Assembly: GCF_006345805.1 (NCBI RefSeq) | Contig: NC_043006.1 | Coordinates: forward strand, 103,602,001-103,666,000 | Length of the DNA stretch: 64,000 nucleotides | Direction: 5' to 3' | Origin: Octopus sinensis | Taxonomy: Eukaryota | Shown: positions 1 through 12,370 of the stretch, one piece after another | Layout: every line of letters starts with the position of its first letter | Position numbering within the stretch: position 1 is the stretch's first letter | Notes under the pieces: model-generated | The model's input: only the letters and a program-made list of their open reading frames with translations | Database searches by the model: none | What the model was told of the DNA's origin: nothing | Translations under genes and position numbers: made by a program

Positions 1-1035
1 CATGTATGTATGTATAAATGTATGAACATTTATATATACATATTAATGTATGTATAAATTAATAAATAGTCACACATACACTGTCTTTCCACCGCTTATA
101 TATATATCATAATCACAATTTATCAAATGTTTATCAAGCGTTATCAGTTGTTTGATATCTTATCTGATAACCGTTCGCCCATCATATGTATTTTTCCATA
201 TACATGCACCGATGAACATTACCATCATTCATCTCAGAGATAGTTCAAATGATTTAATGTGTGGCTGTACTCTGGTCTCTTAAATAATACTAGTTACCGG
301 CTTATTTAATCGTTAAATATTTTTAGTCGATCAACTGAGATATTGCTGACTACAATGAATTTGTTGCGAATTCAGGCTCAGGGAGAAGGCATTTAAAACT
401 GAGAATATATCGACAAAAAAGAAGAAAAAAAGAAGACAAAAAGAATTTATTTTATTCTGTAGTGATGAGCATATTTCTGAGTTCCGTCTGGTTTGCACTC
501 TGGGTAATTTTTAGAGGACTATTTTTTGCAGTACCCTGCTGGCCTATGAATGAATAACCAGTGAAAATTATCCCTCCCGTAGTGTTAAGCTTTTGATAGC
601 TGGAATGTTATAACTGCAGTTTAACCTACTACAATGAATATTCTGGTGTAGGCCGAGCATGTTAAGTCAATCAGTTCTTTTTTAAAGACAAGCTTACATC
701 TTTGTGCTTCGAAAATTTTCTTTGTAGAAAACGACATTTCGTTCTGAAAATAGCTTTTGTGCAGTTTTGCGTGGTGCTTCAAGCTTCGGCGCAGTCCTGT
801 TGAAGACGATGAATATGATTACAACTAGCAACTGACATCTAACAATATTTTCTACTAACATTTCAACTCAAAGAACGAGAATGTAATAACAAACTACGCT
901 GAATTCCGTTTACTAATCGATTCTCGTTTTAAAAAAAGAATGGATTTATTAAATAATTAAAACTTTTAAACGGCGACGAATGTAGATAGTTTCTATTTTG
1001 CAAAGCCTGTTAAAGTGATAATGCTAAGCATAGTC

Positions 1036-1582
1036 GTTCTCTCTCTCTCTTTCTCTCTCTCTCCCCTCTGTTTCTCTCTCTCCCCCTCTGTCTGCCTCTC
1101 TCTCTCTCTTTCTCTCTCTCTCCCCATTTGTCTCTCTCTCTTTCTCTCTCCCCTGTCACTCTCTCTTTCTCTCTCTCTCCCCCTCTGTTTCTCTCTCTTT
1201 CTCTCCCCCCCCTCTGTGTCTCTCTCTTCCCCTCTGTCTCTATCTCTCTCTCTTTCTCCTTCTCCCCTCTGCTCTCTCTCTTTCTCTCTCTCCCCATTTG
1301 TCTCTCTCTCTTTCTCTCTCCCCTGTCACTCTCTCTTTCTCTCTCTCTCCCCTCTGTTTCTCTCTCTTTCTCTCCCCCCCCCTGTGTCTCTCTTCCCCTC
1401 TGTCTCTATCTCTCTCTCTTTAGCCTTCTCCCCATGTCTCTCTCTCTTTCTCTCTTCCCCATCTGTCTCTCTCTCTTTCTCCTTCTTCCCCCAGTTCTCC
1501 TCTCTCTTTCTCTCTCTCCCCCTCTGTCTCTCTCTCTCTCCCCCTCTGTCTCTCTCTCTCTCCCCCTCTGTCTCTCTCTCTA
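1036..1582. repeat. CT-rich (polypyrimidine) tandem low-complexity repeat with ~170-bp higher-order period
   Basis: Runs of (CT)n punctuated by cccctctgt. The block ccccatttgtctctctctctttctctctcccctgtcac occurs at ~1122 and ~1292. The ORFs here (SLSL/ERER) are repeat translations. Confidence 0.95.
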
Positions 1583-1639
1583 TTGTACAAACAGACAAAC
1601 CACATACGTATCTCTTTTATTTCTCGTTTAACTTTTTTA

Positions 1640-1790
1640 CTTGTTTCAGTGATTTAACTGAGGCCATGCTGGAGCACCGCCTTTAGTCGAGCAGATCGAC
1701 CCCGGGACTTATTCTTTCATCGACCATGGAAGGAGGAATATTAAAGCTGACCTCGGTCGAAATTGAAATAAGAAGATAGAGCCCGAAAAT
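1640..1790 (-). mobile_element. SINE fragment (3' end of family D, with B-like core)
   Basis: The reverse complement contains ggcggtgctccagcatggcc and gggtcgat motifs also seen at 10055-10090 and 60290-60330. Confidence 0.65.
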
Positions 1791-1842
1791 AATTTCTAAG
1801 AAAAATTTGACGAAGTTGCTATTTTTCTGCTGAAAGTTAAGT

Positions 1843-2150
1843 TGTTGTTTGTTCCTTCCCGAGCCACGCCTGGCTCATAAGGACCGGTTTCCCGGTTTCA
1901 TTGGCGTATAGGTTCCCCACCTGGACGGGACGCCGGTCCGTCGCAGATGAGCTGCAAGATGCAGGAGGAAAGAGTGAGAGAATGTTGTGGCGAAAGAGTC
2001 AGCAGAGGTTCGCTATTATCTTCTGCCGGAGCCGCGTGGAGCTTAGGTGTTTCGCTCATAACCACACACACCGTCCGGTCTGAGACTCGAACCCGCGTTC
2101 TCTCGACCACGAGTCCGCTGCTCTAACCACTAGGCCATGTGCCTCCACCA
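1843..2150 (-). mobile_element. tRNA-derived SINE family A, tail type i, with 11-bp TSD
   Basis: Minus strand begins gtggaggcacatggcctagtggttagagc (A-box) and ggttcgagtctc (B-box), and ends aac repeats. Flanking direct repeat gaaagttaagt at 1832-1842 and 2151-2161. Confidence 0.9.
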
Positions 2151-2254
2151 GAAAGTTAAGTGCATATAGGAAAAACAAAACACTTATGATCGGTATATTA
2201 GTAATGAAATAGGCCCATGATTTAGTGATTAGAGAGTCGGGCTCATAATTATGA

Positions 2255-2520
2255 GGTGGCGAGTTTACTTTCCGGACTGGGCTGCGTGCTGGGCTCTTCT
2301 CAAGCAAGACACTTCATTTAATGTTCCCCTAGTTCACTCAGCTGTAGTGAGTTGCGACATCACTGATGCCAAACTATATCGGCCTTAGGATAACATCTGT
2401 ATCTCGGAGAGGGGAGGCTGGAATGCGTGGGCAACTGCTGGTCTTCCATGAACAACTTTTACCCGGACTAGGTGTAGCCCCATGGCCTATTCATGACCGA
2501 AGGTTACGTGGCTTTACATT
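2255..2520 (+). mobile_element. Degenerate SINE family C
   Basis: caagacact...agttcactcagctgtag..gagttgcgacatcac..tgcc and the 3' atgaccgaagg are shared with the copy at 4625-4940. Confidence 0.75.
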
Positions 2521-2787
2521 TTTTTTTATAATTAAGTAAAATAATCGCTGGACACACGAACATAGAGGCATCACAATATATATCATGGGTTATTGCATCA
2601 GGAAAAGTTGCTTCTACCCAGCAGGCATATTAGCTGAGTTAAGCAGAGTAACGGCCTTCATCAGGAAAGTATAAATGAGAAAAAAACTTCAGAAAAGGTG
2701 ACTTTCAAAAGCCCAATTTTTTAACGAATCGCTAAATATTATGTATGAATCAGAAGGTTCTTCAAATTCAAATAGCAGCACTTCTGT

Positions 2788-3218
2788 TTACACACACACA
2801 CATACATGCACACCACACACACATACACGCACACACACACACACACATACACACGCGCAAAATTACAAAACGGATCATACATCAATAAGGGAGCATAATT
2901 ACTTTATTCTTTATAGATCAATAGATGCACATAGTAACATATTTCTACAGACACATGCGCCTGCTTTTTGGTTGTGGAAACAGCTTTTCATTGATATTGC
3001 GGCTGAGAAGTTAGATGTTGTGCCTGAGATGAGGGATGTTGATGTTGTGCTGTTGTTGTTGTTGTTGTTGTTGTTGTGGTGGTGGTGGTGGTGGTGACGG
3101 TGGCGGTAGTGGTAGTGGTAGGGGAATCTCAGGGGAATTCTGAGAAGCAGCTGTTGTTCAATGTGAGAATATATATGTATATATATATATACATACACCA
3201 CACACACACAACACACAC

Positions 3219-3252
<34 letters not shown>

Positions 3253-3253
3253 A

Positions 3254-3295
<42 letters not shown>
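2788..3295. repeat. Compound microsatellites (CA)n, (GTT)n/(GGT)n, (TA)n
   Basis: Direct reading. Confidence 0.9.
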
Positions 3296-3296
<1 letters not shown>

Positions 3297-3809
3297 AGGT
3301 AAGATCCTAAGAAAAAGGTGTAGGAAGTTGGTAAGCTTCAAGCAGTTCCTCCTTCTTCTAACTTACTACCACTCCTTTTCTTTGACTCTGTTTAGATGTA
3401 TATACCGGGTGCCACAACGTATTTATAGTAGACCCAGTTAATGACAGAAGATTAAATTCGCAATGACACACACACACACACACACACACACTGCTTCAAT
3501 AATACCAAGTTTTTCCTCTACTTTTCACTCTCTAATATCCATAATGTGTATTCTTATTCTTTTACTTTAAAAAATTTAGACATTTACCCATTCCCACATA
3601 ATATCCCTTCACAAATAGGTTTCCATTTTGTTCTCTCAATTTGTGCTTTGCATGCATTTTTCTATCAAATCTTCTGCGAGTTAAAATGGAATACTTTGAC
3701 TCGGATTAGGTAAGCACCACTTCTGAAGTTCTGCTAGTTATGAAAGATATGTAGCCTTGAGTTTATCTACTCTATTCATTCCCTAAATTGTATATATAAT
3801 ATATATATA

Positions 3810-3847
<38 letters not shown>

Positions 3848-3985
3848 CGGAGATGTACTCGCATACCAAGTAATTTGATCTGAGATCGTGTGCTGAAACG
3901 AAAACAATTGCAGCGTGGAAGGTGTTTATAAGCCATTTAAGAAACACACAAAAGCCGTTCGATTCACTCCAACATTTAAGTTTAA

Positions 3986-4033
3986 TTTGTCAAAATATTT
4001 CCGTCGCTAATCTGCGACCTGTTCACTGACAAA
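3986..4033 (-). ncRNA. Hammerhead-like motif, G3:C8 core variant (probable PLE pLTR remnant 3848-4050)
   Basis: Minus strand reads tttgtca GTGAACA G gtcgc agatta gcgac GGAA ATATT T tgacaaa: 7-bp stem I, 5-bp stem II, palindromic AATATT. The core deviates at A13 (G) or carries an extra G. Confidence 0.55.
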
Positions 4034-4054
4034 AAAATCCGTGCTGCAGATATT

Positions 4055-4155
4055 ATATATATATACATAATATAAATATATTCTATATATATATATATAT
4101 ATGATTATATATATATATATTATATATATATATATATAGAAATGTATGTATATAC

Positions 4156-4205
<50 letters not shown>

Positions 4206-4295
4206 TATATATATATGATATATATATATATATATAGTATATATATATATGTATGTATATATATATAGATACATGTATATATATATATGTATATA

Positions 4296-4334
<39 letters not shown>

Positions 4335-4399
4335 CATATTATATATATAGATACATATATACATATATATATATATATTACGTGTATATATATATATAC

Positions 4400-4476
<77 letters not shown>

Positions 4477-4520
4477 CATATGTATATACATACATTTATA
4501 TATATATATATATATATAAC

Positions 4521-4553
<33 letters not shown>

Positions 4554-4622
4554 CATATGTATATACATACATTTATATATATATATAATATATATATACA
4601 TATATACATATGTGTGTGTGTG
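4055..4622. repeat. Long imperfect (TA)n microsatellite (~570 bp)
   Basis: Direct reading. Confidence 0.95.
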
Positions 4623-4624
4623 AG

Positions 4625-4940
4625 AAGACGCATGGCTCAGTGGTTTGAGCGTCGAGCTTATGATCGTGAGGTTGTGAGCTCGAATCCCGCACCGGGCTGC
4701 GTGTTGTGTTCTTGAAAAAGACACTTTATTTCACGTTGCTCCAGTTCACTCAGCTGTAGAAATGAGTTGCGACGTCACAGGTGCCAAGCCCCTTTGCCTT
4801 TCCCTTGGATAACATCGGTGGAGCGGAGAGGGGAGGCCGGTATGCATAAACAACCTTGCCCGGACTTGTGCTGGGACGGTAAGATTCTAGGTGCAACCCC
4901 ACGGTCTGTATGGTGACCGAAGGGGGTCTCAGAATATTTG
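4625..4940 (+). mobile_element. tRNA-derived SINE family C
   Basis: gacgcatggctcagtggtttgagc (A-box), gagctcgaatccc (B-box), then ttgctccagttcactcagctgtagaaatgag core. Confidence 0.85.
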
Positions 4941-5691
4941 TATATATATATATATATACAAACACACACACACACACACACGCATTTATAAAGATTGTGA
5001 AAATTGCTCCACCAAGTCGAAGTTTCAAGGTAATAATTCGGATCGTTGTCACTTACTGCTCCTCACCTCACCTCCAATGTTCCTGTAAGTCAAACAGTAT
5101 GGTTATGCTTAAACGCAAAGCATCAGAGCTCACAGAAATCCTACACGACAGCCAGAAGAATAACATTTGACTAATGCTTCCCCCGGCTAGTATTCATTAC
5201 AGCTAAGTTTGCTGAAGGACTGTGAAATGAAATACATTACTAGAAAGACACAATTCGTTGCCCGATCCAGGATGAGCCACACACCCTAAAATTCAACCCA
5301 TGCGCATAGCATACGCAACTACGTCCAATCACACACATGTACATGCATATAAGCACGCACACATATACTGCAGGGTGCAAAATTAGGCATCAAATCAATA
5401 TTATAATACATAATTCATTAAAATTATTTTTAGGACATTTAATTAGTTAGCCTCATTTTTTATATTTGCAGTGTCATTTATAATAATGATATATTTATGA
5501 TTACTATAATAATGTCTTTAAAGTAACTTTTAATATTTTTGATAAAAATAAATGAATATCGTAAGTGTTTCTTCTTTTTCATAACTGTATACCTACTTTT
5601 CCACAATCCTGAATATCTATGCATCTATATATATCTTTCTCTATACCTGTATATATATATAGCATTTTCATAGCATTTTTCCGATGGCCGG

Positions 5692-5750
5692 ATAACTGAA
5701 GAGATGGCGGTGTGGATTTCCAACTCGGCATCCGAAACTCGGGGTTTTAT
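5692..5750 (+). ncRNA. Type I hammerhead-like motif
   Basis: ataa CTGAAGA gatggcgg...tcggcatc c GAAA C tcggg GT T ttat: 4-bp stem I, stem II 7/8 paired with a bulged C, GUU triplet. Confidence 0.55.
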
Positions 5751-5790
5751 CATGGCTACCGATATATATTTACGGATATATATATATATA

Positions 5791-5844
<54 letters not shown>

Positions 5845-5855
5845 ATATATATATA

Positions 5856-5879
<24 letters not shown>

Positions 5880-5886
<7 letters not shown>

Positions 5887-6110
5887 AATTAAAATAGAGA
5901 TAAAACCACAATTAGGCAGCTCAAACAGTGATAGACATAACCCAAAGAGAAAAAACAAAAAATAAATATAATTAATATAATATACAAAATATATATGAAA
6001 TCTAAAATCTAAAATTAATTTAAAAATTTGAAATTTTAAAACTATTTTTATATTTTATATTTTAAAATTTTAAATTTATAAATTTTTTAAACTTTTAATT
6101 TTTTTTAAAC
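5880..6110. mobile_element. Solo fragment of the same repeat that forms the 52471-53350 fold-back
   Basis: aaattaaaatagagataaaaccacaattaggcagctcaaacagtgatagacataa closely matches 52480-52540. Confidence 0.8.
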
Positions 6111-6157
<47 letters not shown>

Positions 6158-6184
6158 TGAATGTATGCATATGTGTCTATGTGT

Positions 6185-6565
6185 AGTGTTTATCTACTCC
6201 TTAAGCAGATTGTTGACCACCTCCTGTACCTACACCTTAGAACCAACATGGAATCTGATGTGGCTTTTCAAACCAGACAGTGTATAGAAAAGACACCCAC
6301 GTAGATTGCACATCCGATTTGGACCACCAAGAGCAGCAATTAATTTCTGAACCTTGTGGATCTTAAAATGTCTTTTGAGGGCCCCGTTAGATTTGCAAAC
6401 CTTCCGGCATACATTGCATTTAAAGATGTGCACGGGCATATAGGGAAAATAGTTGGTGGATGTTCGTGTTCCATGGGTTCGCGAATAAGATTTGCGCCCA
6501 GCAAAAGAAAGTCTCTCACAAAATGTGCTCACAAAAAGTTCATTGTGATTCAACTTCTTGATTGT
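6185..6565 (-). pseudogene. Decayed C2H2 zinc-finger-coding fragment, probably the 3' end of a LINE ORF2
   Basis: FKCNVCRKVCKSNGALKRHFKIH is a perfect C-x2-C-x12-H-x3-H. The second finger CNLR..x12..HIRFH has Cys2 changed to Arg. There is no TGEKP linker, and (TA)n/(CA)n bound the fragment. A host ZNF relic cannot be excluded. Confidence 0.5.
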
Positions 6566-6703
6566 AACACACACACACACATATATATATATATGCGTGT
6601 GTGTGTGTATGTATATATGTATGTGTGCGTGTGTGTATGTATATATAAATATATATATATATATAACAAATTAATAAATAAAACATATGCATATATACAT
6701 ACA

Positions 6704-7018
6704 TATATGTACGTACATACCTCTGCATGTATATATACATGCATATATGAGTACAGGACACCAAAAAAAAAACGTCGAACACAATGAGAAACGAAAACAT
6801 AAACACAAAACCAGGGAAACATTTTTCTTAAACAACGAAAAATAGAGTACGGGACATAGAACACAAGGTAAATTCCCCTTCTTCAGTCGCCTGTGTTTCA
6901 TCTACTCCGCTTTTCGAAGGTTTACGTTTTCGTTTCTCATTGTGTTCGACGTTTTTTTTTGTGTCCTGTACCCATATATGCATGTATATATACATATAGA
7001 TGTAGGTACGGACATATA
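6704..7018. mobile_element. Inverted repeat (~100-bp arms, 6704-6804 / 6920-7018), probably PLE-derived
   Basis: gtacaggacacc..aacgtcgaacacaatgagaaacgaaaacataaac vs gtttacgttttcgtttctcattgtgttcgacgtt..gtgtcctgtac. Confidence 0.75.
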
Positions 7019-7135
7019 TGTATGTAGTTAATCCAAACATGAAAACACAAAGAGAAGACGCAACAACGCGAGGACGTTGAACAACTATAGTATTATTGGA
7101 CGCTCAGGAAAGGAAAGAAAGAAGGAGGATACACC

Positions 7136-7163
7136 GTTTCGAGCGGAGCTCTTCGTCAGAAAC
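7136..7163 (-). ncRNA. Partial hammerhead-like motif
   Basis: Minus strand reads gttt CTGACGA A gagc tcc gctc GAAAC. The downstream stem III/stem I partner does not pair in this copy. Confidence 0.4.
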
Positions 7164-7229
7164 ATAGGAAGAGGAAAGATCCAAGGAAGGGAAGACGCAG
7201 GGAAAAAATCGCCAACGGTAAACACGTGG

Positions 7230-7242
7230 TCTTTCTCTCTCT

Positions 7243-7334
<92 letters not shown>

Positions 7335-7381
7335 ATAGATACATAGATAGATGGATGGATATATTTATATAGATAGATGAG

Positions 7382-7420
<39 letters not shown>

Positions 7421-7523
7421 AGAAGATAGATAGATAGATAGATTAGATAGATAGATGATAGGTAGATAGATAGATAGATAGAAGATAAGTAGATACATAG
7501 ATACATAGAAGATAGATAGATAC

Positions 7524-7605
<82 letters not shown>

Positions 7606-7630
7606 GGATAGATAGATGGATAGATAGATA
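7230..7630. repeat. (CT)n-(TA)n-(GATA)n compound microsatellite
   Basis: Direct reading. Confidence 0.95.
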
Positions 7631-7911
7631 CACTGTGGAAACATAAACATGCACAAACAGATACACATACTGATACAGGAATATATATCAGATTTACGAT
7701 TAATCTTCATTAATAATGACTAAAAATAATCTATCAGAAATATCTCCGTTCATCTAAATTCACATTGGTTTACTTGAGGACAACTGGCGTCACTGACCGT
7801 TTCACAGTCATGTTCATGGTACGCAGATATTTATGGTATATATATATATATACACCCATATATATATATATGCGTGTGCATGTGTGTGCGTGTGTGAGTA
7901 TGTGCATGTAT

Positions 7912-7946
<35 letters not shown>

Positions 7947-9640
7947 CACACTCTCACATATATATATACTATTCTGAGTATTGGCGATAGAAATCCATTG
8001 TCAAATAATATTGAAGAATTTCTATGGCATTTTCTATCACTTAACTGTTATTTCAAGCTTCGTATAAGAATTTCTATTTGTGTATGCCTGTAACTATTTC
8101 TATATATACATGTGTGTGTATATATGTTTTAGTGCGCTGATGTATAAACATACACACATACACACAAACATATAAACATTTATTTATTTATTTATGATAA
8201 ACGTTTATATCACTAACGTAATATTTACGTAGTTCACCGTTTTCCATTTTGTAAAATTATTGATCTGCTTGAAATACAGATATTAGAATTTCAAATTTTC
8301 TTAATTTCCGCTGGTGGGCCATCTTATTATAATTTTATATTTTCTTAAATATATGATGAGAGTAACAGGACATGTAATGAATTATTGCTATTTACTGTAA
8401 CAATGTAGATAATATACAGATAATTTTATTCGGTAAATAATTGAATAATTAAAATTCAATATAATCAAAATTAATTAAATACAAATAGAATTAAAAAGCA
8501 TTTACTAATCAAATATAAATGTAATTAAAATTAATTATGTGTGATATTTTTCATTAAATACAGTGTCGTAATTTATCTGCTGTTGCTCACGTGATCTGTC
8601 ACTGCATCACTAGAAAGGAAATGTATTTAAATTGGTTCATGTATCCCAGCACATGTAACCATAGCTTCACTGATAAATACCCGTGTGTAGCAGTTAAATC
8701 TAATTTGCACTTTATGCAATGTCATAGGTTTTGTTATGGTCATTTGTCATGGCCATGTGTCTGTGGCATCCCTATTGTCCTAGTGTGCTATTTTTGCATC
8801 TATGAAGAAAAAATATGGCATTCGTTTGTCTAGGTTTGTCCGAAGTATAACAACATCTTCAATTTAGGTTCGTTTTCTTAATTTCTGGTCGTCATTGTCT
8901 CGGCCTGTTGTATCTTATCATGCAATAAGGAAGTCGAAAGACATCTGTTAATCAGTATAGCCTTAAGTTCCTGAAGATATACATCGCAGCTATTTATAAA
9001 AGACAAAATTTTTCATAACACTTGTTGAATTGAGATAAAATATTTGTTCTTGCGCATTTCTAGAGATGCCACGTAAAGAGTTAACATTACTGGGAACCAG
9101 AAACTTTATAATACATGTCTGAATTTGATAGTTAACTATCATTGCTAAATTTCAAGTATCGTAGTTCTTGATATATTCTAAGCATTAGACTCCTATCTTT
9201 TGATTATTTCACTTATTCTGCCTTTACGCTCTTTTGACAAGCCATGTAATACAATAATCTTTTCATGTATTTTGAAATCACTTCTAAAGCACACACACAT
9301 ACGCTCACCTTGACGTATATATACTTCAGGTTGTTCTACAGAACTTAGTTCTTCATAAAGATGATTCTAGGAAATTCTTAAAGCGTCCATATGAATTATA
9401 GGTTCTTCAAACCACATTCTGCTATATTGCGAGAAAGCTTCTAAACTTCCAACTTTTGTTAAGGTCAAAATATCATTCACATCATATATTCAGATGTACG
9501 TAAGCCACTTTTGTTGATAAATTCTAACTGTTTAACATGCTATAAATACAAAGTCTATATGGCATAACTACACAAAGAATAATCCAAAACAGACAAGGTG
9601 CATGTTTTGAAAAATATATTTTACATAATTTTCTATATAT

Positions 9641-10094
9641 CGTGGCAGTGTGGTAAGAAGCTTACTTCCCAACCACATGGCTCCGGGTTCAGTCCCACTA
9701 CGTAGCACCTTGACAAGTGACTTCTACTATAGCCGCGAGCCGACCAAAGGCTTGTGAGTGCATTTGGTAGGCAGAAACTGAAAGAAAACCTGTCATGCAT
9801 GCGTGTATGTGTGCATGTTTGTTTGTTTGTGTGTGTGTGTGTGTGCGTGTGTGTGTGTGTGTTTGTGTATATGTGTGTGTGAAGAGAGAATGTGTCTCTT
9901 GTCTGTTTGTCCTCCAGTATCGCTTAACAACCGGTGTTAATGTGTATACATTCCCGTAACATAGCGTTTCGACAAAAGTGACCGAGAGAATAAGTGTCAG
10001 ATTTAGCAAAATATTAAATACCGAGGTCAATTCATTTGACTAAATGTTCTTCAAGGCGGTGCACCAGCATGGTCGCAGTCTAATGTCTTAAACA
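9641..10094 (+). mobile_element. SINE family D with internal (TG)n tract
   Basis: gtgtggtaagaagctt..ccgggttcagtcccact head, ttctactatagcc..gaccaaag body, and ggcggtgcaccagcatgg tail; homologous to 59958-60355. Confidence 0.85.
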
Positions 10095-11148
10095 ATGATA
10101 ATAATTTACACGTTTTTTTTTTTAATTCAGTATTCTTTATTGCAATTTCTTCATTCAACTTTTCAGCTTTGGTGTCACGATATTTGGAATATGATACGTC
10201 TTTAAAGTTTTACTGTAAGCAGTAAATCTTAGGATCCACAAGAAGTTTTCCAAAACAGGTTGGGTAATGAATAACAGATTTATTGCGAAATAATTTAGGC
10301 TGCTCAGTGGTGTATATTTGAACAGCAAGGAAAAATGTGTACATATTGAATAATATATAAGAGAAATTCACGCGTTATTGAGAATATCTCTGATTCCAGA
10401 CAGAGCATATCAATCGCTTTGTCTCAATTTGTAAAAACTCCAAAATGAGAAAGAGCGATTATTTAAATAATCAAGTATTCTCTAAAAGTGACAAGCCATT
10501 AGAGAAAAGGTTATCTGGGTACCTGTAGGGAAAAGAACACCTGTGAACATGTCTTCCTATTTCGGGAAACGCTATCAGCACAAGTGAATGAAAATACCCA
10601 CAACACAAACATATATTTATATTGGTGTGTGTACTTGTGAGTGACTGAATGTATGATGAAATCGCATTCTTTGTACCCCCGAATTTATCTGAATACCAAA
10701 CATATTGAATTATTCGGCATGAAAAATGTACGCAAATGTGCAAATACACAAATACTGTCCAATGCATTCATGCATATATTGATTTATTGATTGTGAATAT
10801 TCATATTGGAAAAACCATAAAAAATTCTGCTATTAGGATATTCATAATATTACGTTAATTATACCATGATGCAATGTATTTGTGCCTTGATTTCATCTGA
10901 ATACATTTGTAGTATTGTTTCCTGCAGTGGGTGTAGAACTGTTTCGTGTGGTTGGTGTAGTGTGATGGGTGCTGCTGATGCAGAAGGGAAGAATGGTTAA
11001 GGAGTTTGCATCAGGATAATGAAGAGCTGTTTTTGATTCTGCTGCGTGTCACCCTGGGTATATTCCATAACATTTAGTTAGGGACGACTCATAACTTTCA
11101 AGAAAAATCGGGTAAAACGGAAGTCAGCAGAGTAGACAGCAGCTTCAG

Positions 11149-11526
11149 GAGGCGCAATGGCCCAGTGGTTAGAGCAGCGGACTCGCGGTCGGAGGATCGC
11201 GGTTTCGATTCCCAGACCGGGCGTTGTGTGTATTTATTGAGCGAAAACACCTAAAGCTCTACCAGGCTCCGGCAGGGGGGTGGGAGTGGCGAACCCCGTT
11301 GTACTCTTTCGCTCCAACTTTCTCTCACTCTTTCTTCCTGTTTCTTGTCCCCGACTTCCTACGCAACCGCTGAGCCCAGATGCGCATTCACCCATTCGTC
11401 AATGCTCTCGGTGTCGGGGATTGACCTGATTTCTCTTCTGCGGGTCTTACGAATAGCAAAGGACCACGTTTCGGACTTCTCTCACTACAGCTGAGACGAA
11501 GACCGCTTCGCTCAACAAACAAACAA
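11149..11526 (+). mobile_element. SINE family A, tail type ii, with 13-bp TSD
   Basis: gaggcgcaatggcccagtggttagagcagcgg head and (aaac)n tail. TSD acagcagcttcag at 11136-11148 and 11527-11539. Confidence 0.92.
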
Positions 11527-12149
11527 ACAGCAGCTTCAGTTCAAACTCCAGGCTTTTGCCAATCTGTACTGCTGTTTCGGTCTAAGAAGTACATTAACCT
11601 TATCGCACCATGTTTCCACTATAGCGAGAAAAGTCTACATGTAATCTGTGCTTGGATTCTCTTTAATGTAGTAATGAACAACACACGTAGAAGAATAAAA
11701 TAAACAGCTAAAAATAGGCAACTGATTACATTACAGATTTGCAGTCAAGTGTGTTTATAATCCTCAAAAGCTGTTGTTTACTTTTGCTTTTAATCGAAAA
11801 CAAAATAGACATTGACGATGAAACGTACGTGTGGTTAATCCTGTACTTCATCTGGTAAATGAGCAAGGCCTAGACTCTTTACAGTTGAAGAAATTATTGA
11901 TGTATTCTTCGAACGAAGAGTTTGCCCTTCGCAGACAATGAGAGTGACTCGGACAATCAAACTCGTGAAAGTTATGAATAAATTAACGATTCAGGTGAAT
12001 AAACTCGGTAGTAGAGAAAAAGGCCAATTATAGTTATTCTCCATTATTTTTTTGTCTGTGATTCTGTCCATTCGATTGTCTACAATGAACAAAAACGGTA
12101 ATTAAAAGATAGGTCTAGCAATCGTTACTCTTGAGCTGTGTATACAACT

Positions 12150-12323
12150 ATATATATATATATATATGGTTTCTTTTTCTCTCCAAGTTTCTCTCCTTGT
12201 CTATTCTGTGTCCCTTTCTGTAGAAGAGCGTAGGCTCGAAACGTAAAAGACTTTCTATTCCTGAGCGTTATACTAATACATCAGTTTTTTGTACACAACC
12301 TGTCTTCGTTTTTCGAAAACTCT

Positions 12324-12330
<7 letters not shown>
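12150..12330 (+). mobile_element. PLE-type pLTR fragment with variant hammerhead-like motif (12214-12249)
   Basis: cttt CTGTAGA A gagc gtag gctc GAAA CGT A aaag, with A6 replaced by U. A second copy lies at 56085-56290. Confidence 0.55.

Positions 12331-12366
<36 letters not shown>

Positions 12367-12370
<4 letters not shown>

Noticed and set aside
8560-8960. Hydrophobic, moderately GC-rich stretch (possible receptor pseudogene)
   Set aside because: Stops in all frames and no diagnostic motif.
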